The notes: generated by a model not told the origin, from the letters alone. A DNA stretch of 63,405 nucleotides, filler included, from Dugesia japonica (GCA_001938525.1; 6 parts of 6 records of this genome joined end to end with filler, not necessarily neighbours in it), one strand, 5' to 3'; counted from the first letter of the whole stretch, positions 24,009 to 37,439 are shown. Program-made: numbers and translations.

Positions 24009-25309
24009 TATATGTAATAACAATACAGCGCTGTAAGGGTTTGATTTACTTTCGCCTGTTTACTCATTCACTCATTCTTAGCTGTCGCAATTAGTTACAT
24101 TGGGCTTATACTAGCCGCATCTTCCGGTTACTTTCGTTAAGTTTATCAATACTTTACTTGATTTAGTGCTTTTACTTTTGTTCTTTTTTTGCGATTCTTT
24201 GCAACTAAATTTGCTTCTTCTATATGAGAGTCCTTATTCACTTGACATTATAATGGTCTCGTAGCACAACGAATCAAGGTCTTTGGACTTGATCAAACAA
24301 ACCGCTTCAGTCTGCGAGTAATAATATTGTAGTAATCAATTTGAATTTTGATAATTAAATATTTTGAATAGCTGAAATAATTACATTTTTGTTGGGTTAC
24401 GAATTATTTTGTATAATAAAAATTAACATATAACCATAAGAATCAATAAAGAGACCTTTCGAAATATTTTAAATTTTGCTTATTTTTCATACAGTTAAAT
24501 TAAACAAATGATTTTTAGTGAAATAAAAAAATTCTTATTTTTAAATTCTTAAAACAATGTTTTCAATGCAAAAACCGGTGCTTCCTTAATTATGTTGATG
24601 TTTTCACAGATTTTTGAGCATCACAAGTATATGCGCCATTTTAAATGAAACAATTATGACAGGTCTCGATTTAATCGTGAACTCAATAAACATAAACTGT
24701 TGGGAAACTAAATTTAGATTTCCTGAAAATGCTAAATTATTTAAATTATAAAATATTTAGCAAATTTTACAAACAAAAATATAAAATTTATAATAATTAT
24801 AAGTGATATAAACAATACAATCGTAAAGTCTTTACTGTTCGTCTTTAATAATTTATAACAAATTTTTTATAATTGGATTTGTACAAGTACTTCTATTAAC
24901 ATTCAAAATAATTTGTTTAATTTTCACTGTAGTGATCAGTCGGGTTTGAAGTGCTGAAATTAAAAAGATATTTTTAAAGATTTCTTTAAATAATATAGAA
25001 AAATTAGAATTCCATTGTTTAATCACTTCAATTTAAAAATACTTTAAGTTGGGAAATTTTTCAATCTTTTTAGAAAAAATTTTAAATTGATTTTTCGTAA
25101 AAGTTAGAATTAGATTTTAATTAGTTAATTTAAAAATCATTTAATAAAAAATTAATCTGATTTCAACTGCTTATAATAAAAACATTTTAGTGTGAATAAT
25201 TTGAAAATATTGTAATAATGAATAATTAAAATTGTTAATTTTTTAAATTATAATAAAAATAAAATAATGCTATTTATTGAAATATTTATTTGTTGCAATT
25301 AATTTCGAC

Positions 25310-26340
25310 GGAATAACCGACATCATTAGGCAATTATTGATTGTTAAAACAAACTTTTTAGAAAGTTTAAATGACTATATAATTTCAATTATGAAATCTC
25401 AAAAAATAATCAATAAAATAATCTAATTTGATGATTACTTATTAATATTCCATTAAAAGAGACTGTAAATTTGTATTGAGAAATATGGAGTGATAGCTGA
25501 TCTTTTCGTGATCTTTTAAGGTTCAATTTGTTTTTAATGATGAATGGTATAGATAGATTGATGCTGTGGCGATGGGATCCCAATTAGCTCCAACATTAGC
25601 TTCTATTTTCTTGTCTAAATTAATGAGTAAAATTAATGATTATTCTTCTGTTAACTCCTTTGGTTTATAAATGTTATGTCGATAACATTTTTCTTGTTTT
25701 TGAAAATCGTTCAAAAAAACTGATACTGATTTTTTTATAATTCTCACCAGTTTTGTGCCATAAAATATAAAGGTAAAATTAGTACAATACTAATTCATCG
25801 TTCTTGATCCCTCTCTTTTACTTTCATCAAAGCAGATAAAAGTCTAAATAAATTAATTGAATTACTTCATAGAAATGGGTATTCTAAATTGTTTACAGAC
25901 AAATTAGTTTATGAAACATTGAATAAACTAAATAGTGATTTGTCTCATGCTGATGTATTCTAAAGGCTTTTAAAAAATTAAATTTTTAATTGAAAATGCT
26001 CTTAGGAGTATTTTAAATATAAAAGTTGTATCTCAATATCATAAGGTTATTTATGTTCAATAAGAAATCTGTAACCCTTTTAGGCTTTTGCTTTGATCTG
26101 GTCTATCATTGTTTAATGTAATGATGCTAACGCCATATACACTGGAGAGATGTCTCGTCATCTCTGCACCAGAGATCAAGGGCATAGTCAAAATAGTGGA
26201 AATAGTAATTATGTTGAGTATCGAAGTAAATGTATAAAGTCAATAGGATTTGTGATTTTAAAATCTTGTTTAGAGAATTTAAGAATTATTGGGAGAGAGT
26301 GATGTGTGAAGCTTTGTTCATAATGGATAAATGATAATAC
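25310..26340 (+). mobile_element. Penelope-like element remnant (RT plus GIY-YIG)
   Basis: FVFNDEWYR..DAVAMGSQLAPTLASIFL, YVDNIFLVF, NGYSK and YTGEMSRHLCTR...GH, R..CEALFI motifs. Confidence 0.85.
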
Positions 26341-26559
26341 AAATTTAAATAATCTAAAATAAACTTACAATAAATTTTATTTTTAATTCAAGAACAGTTC
26401 TGATAAATATACAATAACCATACAAAAGTCTAAAAACGTAATTGAATTTTGAACATATTTTAATACGCCAAATAATTAATAATTTATTTAAAATTTAATT
26501 ATTTCACTTAATCTTCGAGCATTCTTTATATGGAAAAATTTGCTGATAAAAAGCAAGAC

Positions 26560-27530
26560 AAAGGTATTTTGGTTGTCACAATTTGTTTGAATGGCTGCAA
26601 ACGACATTCGAGACCGACTGATCCAAGACTGATGTTCAATAATTGGTTTTAAATGCAAATGAAATTCAAAAAAATAAAATTATTAAAACAAATTCCTTGG
26701 TACATTGACTAAAACTTAATTTGCAAACATGGTTTTGTGTATATATGCAAAGGGGAGGCAAAAATGTTTAGAATGCAACCGTGGGCGTACAATATGAAAA
26801 TATGACACTTGGTAAGTAATATTTGAATGACTTTTAAGTGCAATAAAGTGAGAAATCAAAACTTTAATATCAAAACTAGAAATATTAAAAATTGTAACAT
26901 AAAGTGCTATCTTTTTACAATAAAGGATAAAGAGATTAGAAGCTGCGAATTAGTTTAAAATCTTATTTACAGATATATGTATGTCAATTAGAGAAACAAG
27001 AGAGCGGAAAGATAGATACTTGTTTTAATTGACCAGTTTAGGAAATAATATGCAAATACAATTTTAAGATCTGCATACTGAGATTTGGATGACTAAGATA
27101 AATACGAAAAATATCTGGATTTCAGCTATGAGAGTTTGCAAAGAAGCTGAATATTAACCTTTGCTTCTCGAGCTAGTATTTTCAAAGTACAAATGAACTA
27201 ATTAAAAGACAGTTTCAAACAATTCAGGATTTAACAAGTGCAGTACTTATGGAGAGAGAAACTTCTGACTTAGAACTTTCTGACTTATCAGCAAACGAGT
27301 TTACGATAAACATTACAAGGCTAAAGAAGACCGGAAAAAACTGGCTTAGATCATTTTTGAGAAGAATATAACCAAAAAAAGGTAAATGTAAAGAAATCAA
27401 AAGAACATATTCCAGAAGTATCTGCTAATATGAAATTTAGAGTAGGGATTTTGCCCTCATAAAAATAGAAACAAGAAATAAAATCAAAGAAAAGTCAATA
27501 GATTCATGTATCATAAGTTAGAAAAATTTC
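26560..27530 (+). mobile_element. Decayed Gypsy integrase fragment
   Basis: LVLIDQF and REFAKKLNINLCFSS*YFQSTNELIKRQFQTIQD resemble the rve core (SPYHxxTNGxxERxxRTI). Confidence 0.7.
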
Positions 27531-27859
27531 TAGACCAGGATGTGACGTAATCTCTGTTCACACCTCACAATATAAACAACAATACGTGTAAAATTTCACA
27601 CCTTTAATGCCAATTTCACAGAAAAAATGCAAACAATGGTTTTGTATAAACGTATCAAATTTTCAAACATTGTTATTTTTACACATTTGACGTAAACTTT
27701 CGTACTTATAAAAACAACGAAAACTTTTCTATTATTTTTATTAGCGTGATAATATTCAAAAGCATTGCATTATTGTTATTTAAATGTACTATTAAGGTTT
27801 GAACTTTCACACCTTAATGTAATCTATGAAATTTCACACCCTAACCTTAACAATTTTTT

Positions 27860-28037
27860 TCATATCAAACATAAAGAAATTGAAGTCTTCAAACCCTTTC
27901 AAAACAAACATAAAGTTTTATCAGAAAATCATCATTATACATGGAAAACATTAGGAACAGGCAACATTTCTACACTTCACAGAAAGAAACATGAACAAAT
28001 ATTAATTAAAGAGGAAAACCTAAGATCAATGTGGTGA
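27860..28037 (+). pseudogene. C-terminal half of a GIY-YIG endonuclease (Penelope-like)
   Basis: HIKHKEIEVFKPF...TWKTLGTG...RKKHEQILIK; close paralogue of 31240-31431. Confidence 0.6.
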
Positions 28038-28596
28038 ACAATTACAATAATTAAAAGAAAATTTTGAAAAAAAGAGTTTATATCAATATCAATAAATAAT
28101 ATGTTTAAAATAAATATATTTATATAAAATATATTTATTTTCAAAAAATTTTCAAAGAATATACTGAATTTAAAATTTTTAATTATAAAATAATAATTGT
28201 AGAAAAAATTTTCAAAATTTCTAATATATAAAAATTATGATCGAATAAAATTTTAAAAAATCCCTAATATATGAAAATTATATCAAAACACAACTAAAAG
28301 TTAAATATCTAAAGAACTTTTTTATTTAATTAAAAATAATTTTTAAAAAAAATTTTTTTGAGTTATTTTAAAACTAAGAAGTAAAATTCACAATTAAATA
28401 AACCAATAAAATTTCGATAAAATCTAAAGAATTGAGTAATAAAGGTCTATTGCATTGAATCAATCAAGAAGCCATGATGTTCCTGAAGAAAACTATTGTT
28501 GAAAATTTGAATTTCTTTACAAAAACATTTTATTTTATTTTGATTGAAACTTTTTCTTTATTTTAATGAAATTTTAAATAGTTATTGATAATCACA

Positions 28597-28980
28597 TTAA
28601 CATTTTTTATACTGGCTTTTAAGCCATTCAATACAATATTGTCCACATAGAAATGTCAATGGATTCTGATACATGATTTGATTGTAATCGACACGTTGTT
28701 GCATACTCTCTAATTTTGTTATCACCAATGGTGGATAAAACATACCCATCGGATCAAATACACGACTAATATTTGGATTGACATAAATAGCAATACAATG
28801 CTCACCATTCAAATTCGAGGTATGTGTATTGATTACAAAGCATCCGTTTTGTAAAAAGTTCGGTAATCGTTCCAGAGGATACACTCCTTTGAATAGTCTG
28901 CTTCCAAAATCACGTTTCAATATTATTTCAATCTGAAAAGTACTATCAATCAATAAATTCTCTTTATAAAAGCCATTCAT
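28597..28980 (-). CDS. Polinton adenovirus-type cysteine protease (adenain)
   Basis: FKGVYPLERLP...VINT...GEHCIAIY...FDPMG...YQ...CGQYC with the H/D/Q/C catalytic residues; frame intact. Confidence 0.9.
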   Translation of the reverse strand: MNGFYKENLLIDSTFQIEIILKRDFGSRLFKGVYPLERLPNFLQNGCFVINTHTSNLNGEHCIAIYVNPNISRVFDPMGMFYPPLVITKLESMQQRVDYNQIMYQNPLTFLCGQYCIEWLKSQYKKC

Positions 28981-30270
28981 ACTTCATGCTATGCCATACA
29001 CACATACATGAATATATTGTTTATACAATCATTACTCCATTTTTAGTGATTTGAATTTCAGAATCAAATACTCCATATGAATACATTGTCACTGACTCCG
29101 TCAAGGCCTTATGAAATCGTACATCCAACTTGAGATTTCCGGTTTTCTTCAATTGCGGTTGATCAACAGCAAAGTTCGGTGCCAATACAAAGGTAAAAAC
29201 TTATACGAATCGTTAAATTCCTTCATTGTAATACCATTGTTNCGATCTACATTTAACAGACCCATGTTACGAATAATCGATTGCACATATGCCTCAGTAT
29301 AGTCAGTATCAAAGTCAGTAGTATATATTTCTCGATAATCAACGTTTCTTATGAAGCCAAAATTTGAGAATGTCGAGCAAAATGAGCCGTAATCACCACT
29401 TGCTTGTTTCAATGATCCAAAAGCAATCAAAACAAATTTCGGTAATCGTTCATCGAAAAAAAGACTATCTTTATATCCCCTATGTGAATTTTTTGGAATC
29501 GTAAAATGCACGATGTTTGTTTTCTGGAAAGAATAGATTGCACTTTGATGTTTCAATCCTTGACGATATCTAATCATAACTGATCGATAAACACAAACAC
29601 GTTGCACTACTAATTTTGCTTCTATAATGTACGGTTGGAGATTCATCTCAACTGTTTCAGTACCCTTGGTATATTTATAAATTACCGAACCCATATTTCT
29701 CGTCAATTTGATTGTCACACTGACTTCCGGCAACAAATACTTTGGTTGATCAAAGAAATTCAAATTAAGTGCACTACAGAGCGTTAGCTTTGCAGACGCT
29801 TTAATCCAACCTTTTCTCTTGTCATCTTCTTTATGATAACCAATAGCTTCAAGAAAAGGGTTTTTTGTATCCGATACAAAATTCAATGCGGCTTCAATTA
29901 CCNCCTTTTGCATATACGTATCATTTGTATCTTCAACCTTTACATTATTTAGTGTTAATGATGCTTCTTTGAATAGAGTATGAAGCAAATAATTGGAAGG
30001 AATCATGTTGGTAGTATCAGTTTATGTAGAATCCGTTTCATAATGTTTCACAGTCTTCATTTTAACAATGAGCAATGTATGATTCAAATCCAAGTAATCA
30101 TTATTTGAACCAATAAAATTGAATTAAATTTGTTGTCCAGCATACACAGTTATAGAATGTTTTAGGTAGATTTCTTCAAATTTTGAGCTTTCAACAACAA
30201 CCTGTGATATTTTGTGGTGAAAAAGCGATATTTCAGTTTTTCAGGCATACATGGTTATTTTGCTAAGATG
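28977..30270 (-). pseudogene. Polinton major capsid protein (PY/hexon-like)
   Basis: NYLLHTLFKEASLTLNN, NFFDQPKYLLPEVSVTIKLTRN, LPKFVLIAFG and upstream DYLDLNHTLL; frameshifted at both ends. Confidence 0.88.
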
Positions 30271-30279
30271 GTTTTATCT

Positions 30280-30659
30280 AATCGTCACCTTTTGTTTATA
30301 GTCGATGTTATTTTATTTTTCCGTTTACGTATTCCCCTACCATACTGTCCACCAACAACTTCCTTTAATGCATTAAGTGCATTTTCTTTCACATCTGGCA
30401 ACATATTTAGTACTTGGTTCTTGATTGATTATTTAAATGACTACTTCTTGCTTATAATATCATCAACAGTTTTTAGTGCTGCTCGCCCTACTGACTTTGC
30501 AATTGGAAGTCCAAATTTCTGCAAAATTGGAATTGCAGAACGTCCAATTCTATAGAGCTAATTTCCATCACCTTGCTGTTGTTGACTACTGATAAAGTAT
30601 GGCAAGTCTCCACCCATTTGTGGACGACTATACATTGTAATAATAGCTTGATCAACCAT
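30280..30659 (-). pseudogene. Polinton small amphipathic/basic virion protein (QxGxG type, cupiennin-like in adintovirus nomenclature)
   Basis: MYSRPQMGGDLPYFISQQQQGDG...RSAIPILQKFGLPIAKSVGRAALKT...QYGRGIRKRK, lying between the minor and major capsid genes. Confidence 0.7.
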
Positions 30660-30689
30660 TTCAATAATTAATCAAATGGTAATCAAATT

Positions 30690-30797
30690 TTTTATACTTG
30701 TCGAAAATGTTAAGTTAAACTTGTTTTTGATCCGTATGGAAAATCAATCAATCTTCCCGCATCGTCACATATGTTTACTTCAATTTTGTTGATGGAA
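30690..30797 (-). pseudogene. C-terminus of the Polinton minor capsid protein (penton/PX)
   Basis: IEVNICDDAGRLIDFPYGSKTSLT matches the I.I.D..G..I.F..G terminal motif; truncated by the contig end. Confidence 0.7.
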
Positions 30798-30989
30798 NNN
30801 NNNNNNNNNNNNNNNNNNNNNNNNNNNNNNNNNNNNNNNNNTTAATTAATTAANNNNNNNNNNNNNNNNNNNNNNNNNNNNNNNNNNNNNNNNNNNNCTA
30901 AATATTTAATATATTTAGTATTTATAATACACGAATAAAAAATTGTAATATCTTAATTGAAAATAAAAAATTATTCTTAAACCAAAAAC

Positions 30990-31431
30990 AAACACAGTTA
31001 TTAAATTACCTTTTATTAATGAGAAATGTACTCAAATCATTCAGAATATAATAAAAAATGCTAAACTCAAACACAATCCAAGAATTATTTTCAAAACGCA
31101 AGCACCTTTAGGCATCCAATTACAGAAACCAAGACAAACGTTTTGTGGTCCCAAATGCATTTGTGATGGTAGAAATATATGGAATTAGAAACATGTCACT
31201 TATAAAATAACATGCAGAATCATCTGAACAAGAGTTAAGGATCATTTGAAACAAAAAGAAAGTGAAGTATTCAAACACTTTCAACACAAACATAAATTTT
31301 CACCAGAAAAACATCACATTACATGGAAAACACTAGGAACAGGCTACATTTCTAAATTCCCTAAAAATAAACACGAAGAAATACTAATCAAACAAAGCAA
31401 TCCTAAAATAAATATAATTTACAATAGTTAA
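30990..31431 (+). pseudogene. Penelope-type linker plus GIY-YIG endonuclease with the core deleted
   Basis: IKLPFINEK...RIIFK...CGPKCICDG...VTYKITCR//RVKDHLKQKESEVFKH...HEEILIKQSNPKIN. Confidence 0.7.
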
Positions 31432-32821
31432 ATTAAATAATTAAATATAAAATAAGAATTAAAATTANNNNNNNNNNNNNNNNNNNNNNNNNNNNNNNNN
31501 NNNNNNNNNNNNNNNNNNNNNNNNNNNNNNNNNNNNNNNNNNNNNNNNNNNNNNNNNNNNNNNNNNNNNNNNNNNNNNNNNNNNNNNNNNNNNNNNNNNN
31601 NNNNNNNNNNNNNNNNNNNAGCTTTTATATTAAATGAATTCTATAAAACGATCAATGGTTATGCCCAACAATTATTCTCGCAATAATTGCAATGGTAAAA
31701 CAATTAAATCTTGTTCTGATACTGAAAAAACTTTGTTAAGCTTAAGGTTTTTATTAATAAAAATGGAACGAAGTGACTTGGAACTTCGTGACTCGGAATA
31801 GCGCGATAAGGAAAGAATAGTGGAAAAAGAAATAATAGAATTTTTTCCATTTAGAGTTGTTTATTAAAGATCATAAAGATTGTGAATGTTTTAAACATAT
31901 ATTTGAATATATTAAATCTAAATCTAATAAAATCGAAATTGATCCCAACATGTTCCATTCTAATTCAAGATTTTAAGATGATGTAAGTTTTAAAGAAGAT
32001 TTAAGATTTGAACGTAAGACTAGTCATAAAGTTGAATTTGAACCTAACGTTGATTGTGAACCAGAATTAGAAACCTCCAAAGGTAATTATGTATATAAAC
32101 CAGAATCTAGATCACTACTTGAATATAATTTTAAATATGAAATTCCCAAAGAACCCCGTCCCTAAGAAATTGAACTTATGGATAAAGTATTGATTGAATA
32201 TAAACTATAACAAACCAGAGGGCTCCAACTAGAACAATCATTACCTTTAACATTAGCCTTCAACAAGTATTCAATCTAGAAATAAAGATTTCAAAGACTT
32301 ATTTTTAAGATTTTTCAAAAGTATAAAAATTGATTTACCTCAGATTATACCAATTGAAAAGAATATATGTATAGATTCAATAATTAATAATATTAAAACA
32401 TTATATTCTAATTTAATTAACTTAAAAAATAAATCAAATGAAGTTTATTATAATTTATGAAGACATTTTAAAAATTTAGGTAAAAGAGTTAAAAGGAAAA
32501 AACATGAACCTATGAAAATATTACAAGAAAAAAATACAAAATATATGATATAAACTATTAATATCCATTGATATTCATTACTAAACTAATGAAATATTAT
32601 AATTTATGTAAACGTTTCCTAATTTTATTTAATTGTACATTATCTTGGTATCGGATAAATAATAATTTAAAAAGAGTAGAAGAAATTTTAAATCAAGAGA
32701 AAATAATTTAAGATGTAGTCATTTTAAATGGAGAAGAAAATTCCAAAGGTCCCCATAAAGATGATTAGTAGAGGTTTCCTGACTGGAAATTATTACCTCT
32801 TACACTCTCACTCTCACTCTT

Positions 32822-33622
32822 TCACCCTTGAAATCGCTCTTCTTCTAACAAATCTTCTATTAAAACTTCAGCTACTCTATCTAAATAATAATAATTATAC
32901 TTTGTTTTCCAATGTAAATTTACATTATAATGATATTCCATTTTACTTAAAAATATCTTATAAAATAAATCATAATAAACATTATCTTTATCAGTTTTAT
33001 TTAATTTGAAAAATTTAAAACAAATAAAATTATTTCTAATAGATTTTTTATCTAAATGAAAATAAGTTTGTGAAATATGATTTACATTACAATTTACATA
33101 TCTTCTTCTGGTAAAATAACTTTTCTGGATTTCTTGATCTTTTACATCATCAAAAATTATTAAATTCTTTTTCAGTTTAGATAATTTATCACAGGGAATA
33201 ATTTCCTTTGATTTACTACTTAGAACTACGTTTATCCCAGAAGAGTCAATAAATCTTTGTTTATTTTTTAAATATTTGTTTTCTATAAACCATTGAATAA
33301 CTTGCAAAGGAGTAATTAAAGAATCAGGAACTATGTTTTGATGTTTAAAATTAAAATGATATCTTGTTTACTTAATCCATTTTCAAAACCTTGATAAATA
33401 ATTGTAATTCGAATTGATTTATAGTTGTGGAATAAATTATAAAAGAGTCATAATCTAAAAACTCTGGAGTTAATAACATTTTCATTAACAAAACATTTTT
33501 ACCTGATCCTGATGAACCAATTATTAATAATCTAAAATTAGATGGAAAGATTTTATTACTAAATATTTTTTATTTTTATTTCAGAACAACGCAGCCGGAA
33601 TTTTAAAGATCAGTCAGGACAT
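32822..33622 (-). pseudogene. Polinton A32/FtsK-like packaging ATPase
   Basis: FRLLIIGSSGSGK (Walker A, ~33500), LIIFDD (Walker B), YFTRRR..NCN...ISQTYF and SIRNN. Confidence 0.9.
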
Positions 33623-33640
33623 TTTTATTAAATAAAAAAT

Positions 33641-34350
33641 TTATAAACCAGTTTTCTGTAGTTTATTACTATAAAATCTTCCCAAAATCTTTTCGTTTTC
33701 TAAATCACTAATTCCATAACTAAAAGGTTTTGTTTTATAAACTTGGGCTATAATAAATATTTCATTTGTCCATTTAGCTGTAAAACCTTTTTTAAATTTA
33801 TATTTATATTTAAAGATTCTAAATCTATCACCAATTTAAAATTTTTGTTTAAAATTAAAGTTATCATTTTCATGGTTATGTTGATTTATTATTTCTTTTG
33901 TTTTATCTGGATTATCAGTAGCATTGTTTGGTGATAACATAATACTAGAATGAATTGTATTATTATAATCGTTTACATTCTTTTGTAATAAATTATTATT
34001 CCATTTTTTGTTTCCAACTAATTTAAAATATTTCCAAATTTTAGTTTTTAGAGTTCTAATAAATCTTTCAGCAAAAACTGATTTACCATCATTTCAGTAT
34101 GATATAAATTAATATCATTTTTTTAAGAAATTTATTAAAGTACTTTGATCCAATTGCAGATTCTTTGTCAAATCAAATTTTGCTTGGTACTCTGTTACTA
34201 GTTTCAAATATATTTTCATAAGCTTCTCGTAAAGATTCTTGATTTTTAAATTTCATTGGAACACAAAAATTAATATAAATCAATACAAACCAAAATATAT
34301 CTATAACCGTCAGTTGAATTTTTAACCATATCTATAATATCACAACCTCA
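33641..34350 (-). pseudogene. Polinton RVE integrase, core and C-terminus
   Basis: CDIIDM...GYRYILVCID, P.KI*FDKE, VFAERFIRTLK, YNNTIHS and GRFYSNKLQKT. Confidence 0.88.
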
Positions 34351-34354
34351 ATCT

Positions 34355-35792
34355 ATTTACCATCTAACAAATGACCAACAATTAACAACAATAAAGATAA
34401 ATAAGTATATTAGTGAAATCTTAATAATATCTATTACTGCAAATTGATAATTTTGAGACGATTTCTTCGACCTGAGGCCTATCACCTTTTTCCGTTTTAT
34501 AACACGAACCAGGGAAGATACCCACTGGAAACAGTTATCTTTCCTCGTTCCTGTTATTGGCAAATAGTACCATTATATCAATACAATCCTCCAACAACAA
34601 CTTATTTTAAATAAGACGAAACATGTAATAATTAATAATCACTGAGCCAATAGTAAAACTAGGTGGATAGTTTATTCATAATAACCAAATTATAAATTGA
34701 ACAAATATTTTATTAATAAAAATCACTTCAGGAAAAATATTTTAATAATAAAAAGCATTTCAGGACAAATATGTCCATGAATCATGAACAATTCAATGAA
34801 TCTCCACTAATGATGACATAGCTAACACAAATCAAACAACAGACAAAAATTTAATTTGAGGCATAATAAGTCTGATCTAAACTACTACTCGGTGAAATTT
34901 GATAAGGGCTCAACTTTCTTCTCAACTCACAGTCGCTATCTCACAACTCTTTTCTTAATTTTCGGAATTCAATTCCCCTCAAACTATACTCGTAGAACAT
35001 TCTCCTTATGATCTCTATCAGTCTCGTACTGATCTCAAATCTCTTTTCATATAGTTGATCAATNNNNNNNNNNNNNNNNNNNCCCTTAGTCTCACGAATT
35101 ATTATTTCAACAAATTTGGTGAGAAAAATTATCGCTCACTCCCTAGCATACCACGATCATCTCTAAAACCTGTCAACACCAAAACAAAAATGACACTTGG
35201 GTAAATAGTTATATTTTAAGGAATGTTAATAATAAAATTTATGATAAAAATAAAACATTAAAAAATAAAAACAAATAAAAATTACTCTGTTATTGTCGAT
35301 AAGTTGCGTTTTCAACAGGAATAAATCATAACTTGCCACAATTATTCGTATATAAAAATCTTTTTTAAAAATGGAAATGAATAACTTGAATGTTTCTCCG
35401 TGTAGCGGTATTTTATTCCTTCTCGGATTTGAAGATTGAGGAGCTCTCATTTCTCACCCAATCGTTGGTCCTTATTCCACAATCTTGGCATCCTATTGGT
35501 TCCTGGGGTCAGATTTTCTCAAATCTCGGAAATGATCGCACCACAACTTTGCTTGCCTACATGCACGATTGATTGACAACGAATTTGGAAAAACCAAATT
35601 CATGTCGTCAGGCAAATGCACCAGTTTATACTGTCTGGTTTTCCAACTTATTCATCGTTTGGAAAAACCAGACTTAAAGGTGAATGGACCAGATTAAATG
35701 AATTTTTTTAATAATATTAAACGCTAATTAGCGTTTTTTATAATAACGATAATGGGCCGTAGAGGAGTAAAATTATGTGTTCTGGCCCAACT
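34355..35792 (-). mobile_element. ~1.4-kb LTR-like insertion (TGTTGGG family) splitting the Polinton integrase
   Basis: Begins (A)GTTGGGCCAGAACAC on the minus strand; 35560-35765 is homologous to 15570-15775. The integrase frame stops on one side and resumes on the other. Confidence 0.7.
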
Positions 35793-36050
35793 TTACTTTT
35801 AAATATTTGTTTGGTTTTCTATAATCTTTATGTAATTCATTTGCTAATATTTCTTTATTTTCTTTATTAATAAAATTATTATCAATAGAGCCGTCGCCTA
35901 AAATAAGTTTACCTTTTAATGCTAATTTTACTAAAGCTCTTTGTATTTTTTCAGAAGTAGTTGGATTTGGAATATTATTTAAATCATGAACTAAATTTCC
36001 ACATTATTAAAATTAATGTTTCCACATCTAAAGATCCTAAAATTAATCTC
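35793..36050 (-). pseudogene. PLA2-like C-terminal segment fused to the Polinton integrase N-terminus
   Basis: DLNNIPNPTTSEKIQRALVKLALKGKLILGDG continues in frame into EILANELHKDYRKPNKYLKVK, the integrase N-terminal LAxELHK motif. Confidence 0.65.
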
Positions 36051-36339
36051 ATGGATTTACATAAACTTGGAAAGGAATTATTTCTAAAGTTATTTTATCT
36101 CCCTCTTTAAAATCAATCTCTTTTTTATAATATAACATTGAATTACAAATATCTCATGAATTTGATGATTGTAAAGATTGAAAACCTTTATCTCCTGAAG
36201 ACATTAAATTTTTAATTGAACCAGATGATGGTGAAATTCATACCGCGTAATATGAAGTCATCATGCAAAATGGATGCTCGCATCATGCACAATGCATGTT
36301 TCCGTCATGGATGAATATGAAAATATATGTTTTATTATA

Positions 36340-36860
36340 AATGAAATTCTAAATAACAAAAGAGGAGAGTCCATAGATATTCATATGATAAAATATATAT
36401 TTAAAATAACAAAAAAGGAGAGTCCATAAATATTTACATGTTTTATTATAAAATATAATTAAAATTAACCAAAGAGGGGAGTCCATGGGTATTTACATGA
36501 TAAAATAAATGAAATATATATTCAAAAGAACCAAAGAGGGGAGTCCATGGAGATTTACATTATAAAATATTTATATTATGTAAATTATTCATAGAGAAGA
36601 GTATATGTGATATTTCAATTTAAATATATAACTATTAAAATTAACCAAAGAATGGAGTCTATAGATATTTACATGATTTATTATAGAATATAATTAAAAT
36701 TAACCAAGGAGGGGAGTCCATGGATATTTACAATTTAAAATATTTATATTTTGTAAATTATTCATAGAGAGGAGTGTTTGTATTATTTCTATTTAAATAT
36801 TTAACTATTAAAATAAACTAAAGAATGGTGTCCATAGATATTTACATGATGGAATATTCA
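36340..36860 (+). repeat. Complex tandem repeat (AACCAAAGAGGGGAGTCCATGGATATTTACATG core), possibly Polinton subterminal
   Basis: At least seven copies of the gagtccat(a/g)gatatttaca core with ~55-65-bp spacing and a higher-order duplication. Confidence 0.8.
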
Positions 36861-37439
36861 AAAAAGAATATATATTTAAAAATTCATAAAAACATGGAAC
36901 GTTTCTTTAATAAATTATAAAAGTGTGAAACCTGTTTTGTTAACAAGTTAATTTTAAGTAATTCTAACTAATGTTTATAAAAACCTAAAAGTAAATATTT
37001 TTTATCAATTAAATTTTAAGTATTTTCTTATTAAAACGTAACAAGTTTCATTAATAAAAAGCGACGACTATCATTTCAATTTATTAAATTTCTATAAGCA
37101 TATGAATAATAAAATATAATATATTTAATTACTCGAACATTAAATATCTAAATATTGAGGCAAATTGATATTATCTATACTTCAGATGTACTTGTATTGC
37201 ATCTGTGTTGCAAATTTTCAAACAAATTGAATAAATCTGAAGTAATGTCATCCATATATCCTGGAAATTTAAAATTTATTTAAGTACAAGTATTACTAAT
37301 TTCCCTGTTGAGAATACAATTATGTATCCTTTTCTTTTAAAAAGTTCATAGCTTCTTTTAAACCATCAAAATAAATTAATTTACGATGAAGATCTTTAAA
37401 TATAGGTAATTTAGAAGGAGGAAAACAGGGAGAGTTTTA

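Noticed and set aside
24330-24345. TGTTGGGTTACG (also TATTGGGCCCG at ~43861 on the minus strand) as further giant-LTR termini
   Set aside because: No partner terminus, PBS or family ORF was found nearby; a 7-mer alone is insufficient.
37150-37420. Possible minus-strand exons containing YMDD
   Set aside because: No other RT motifs and the frames are broken; cannot be assigned.
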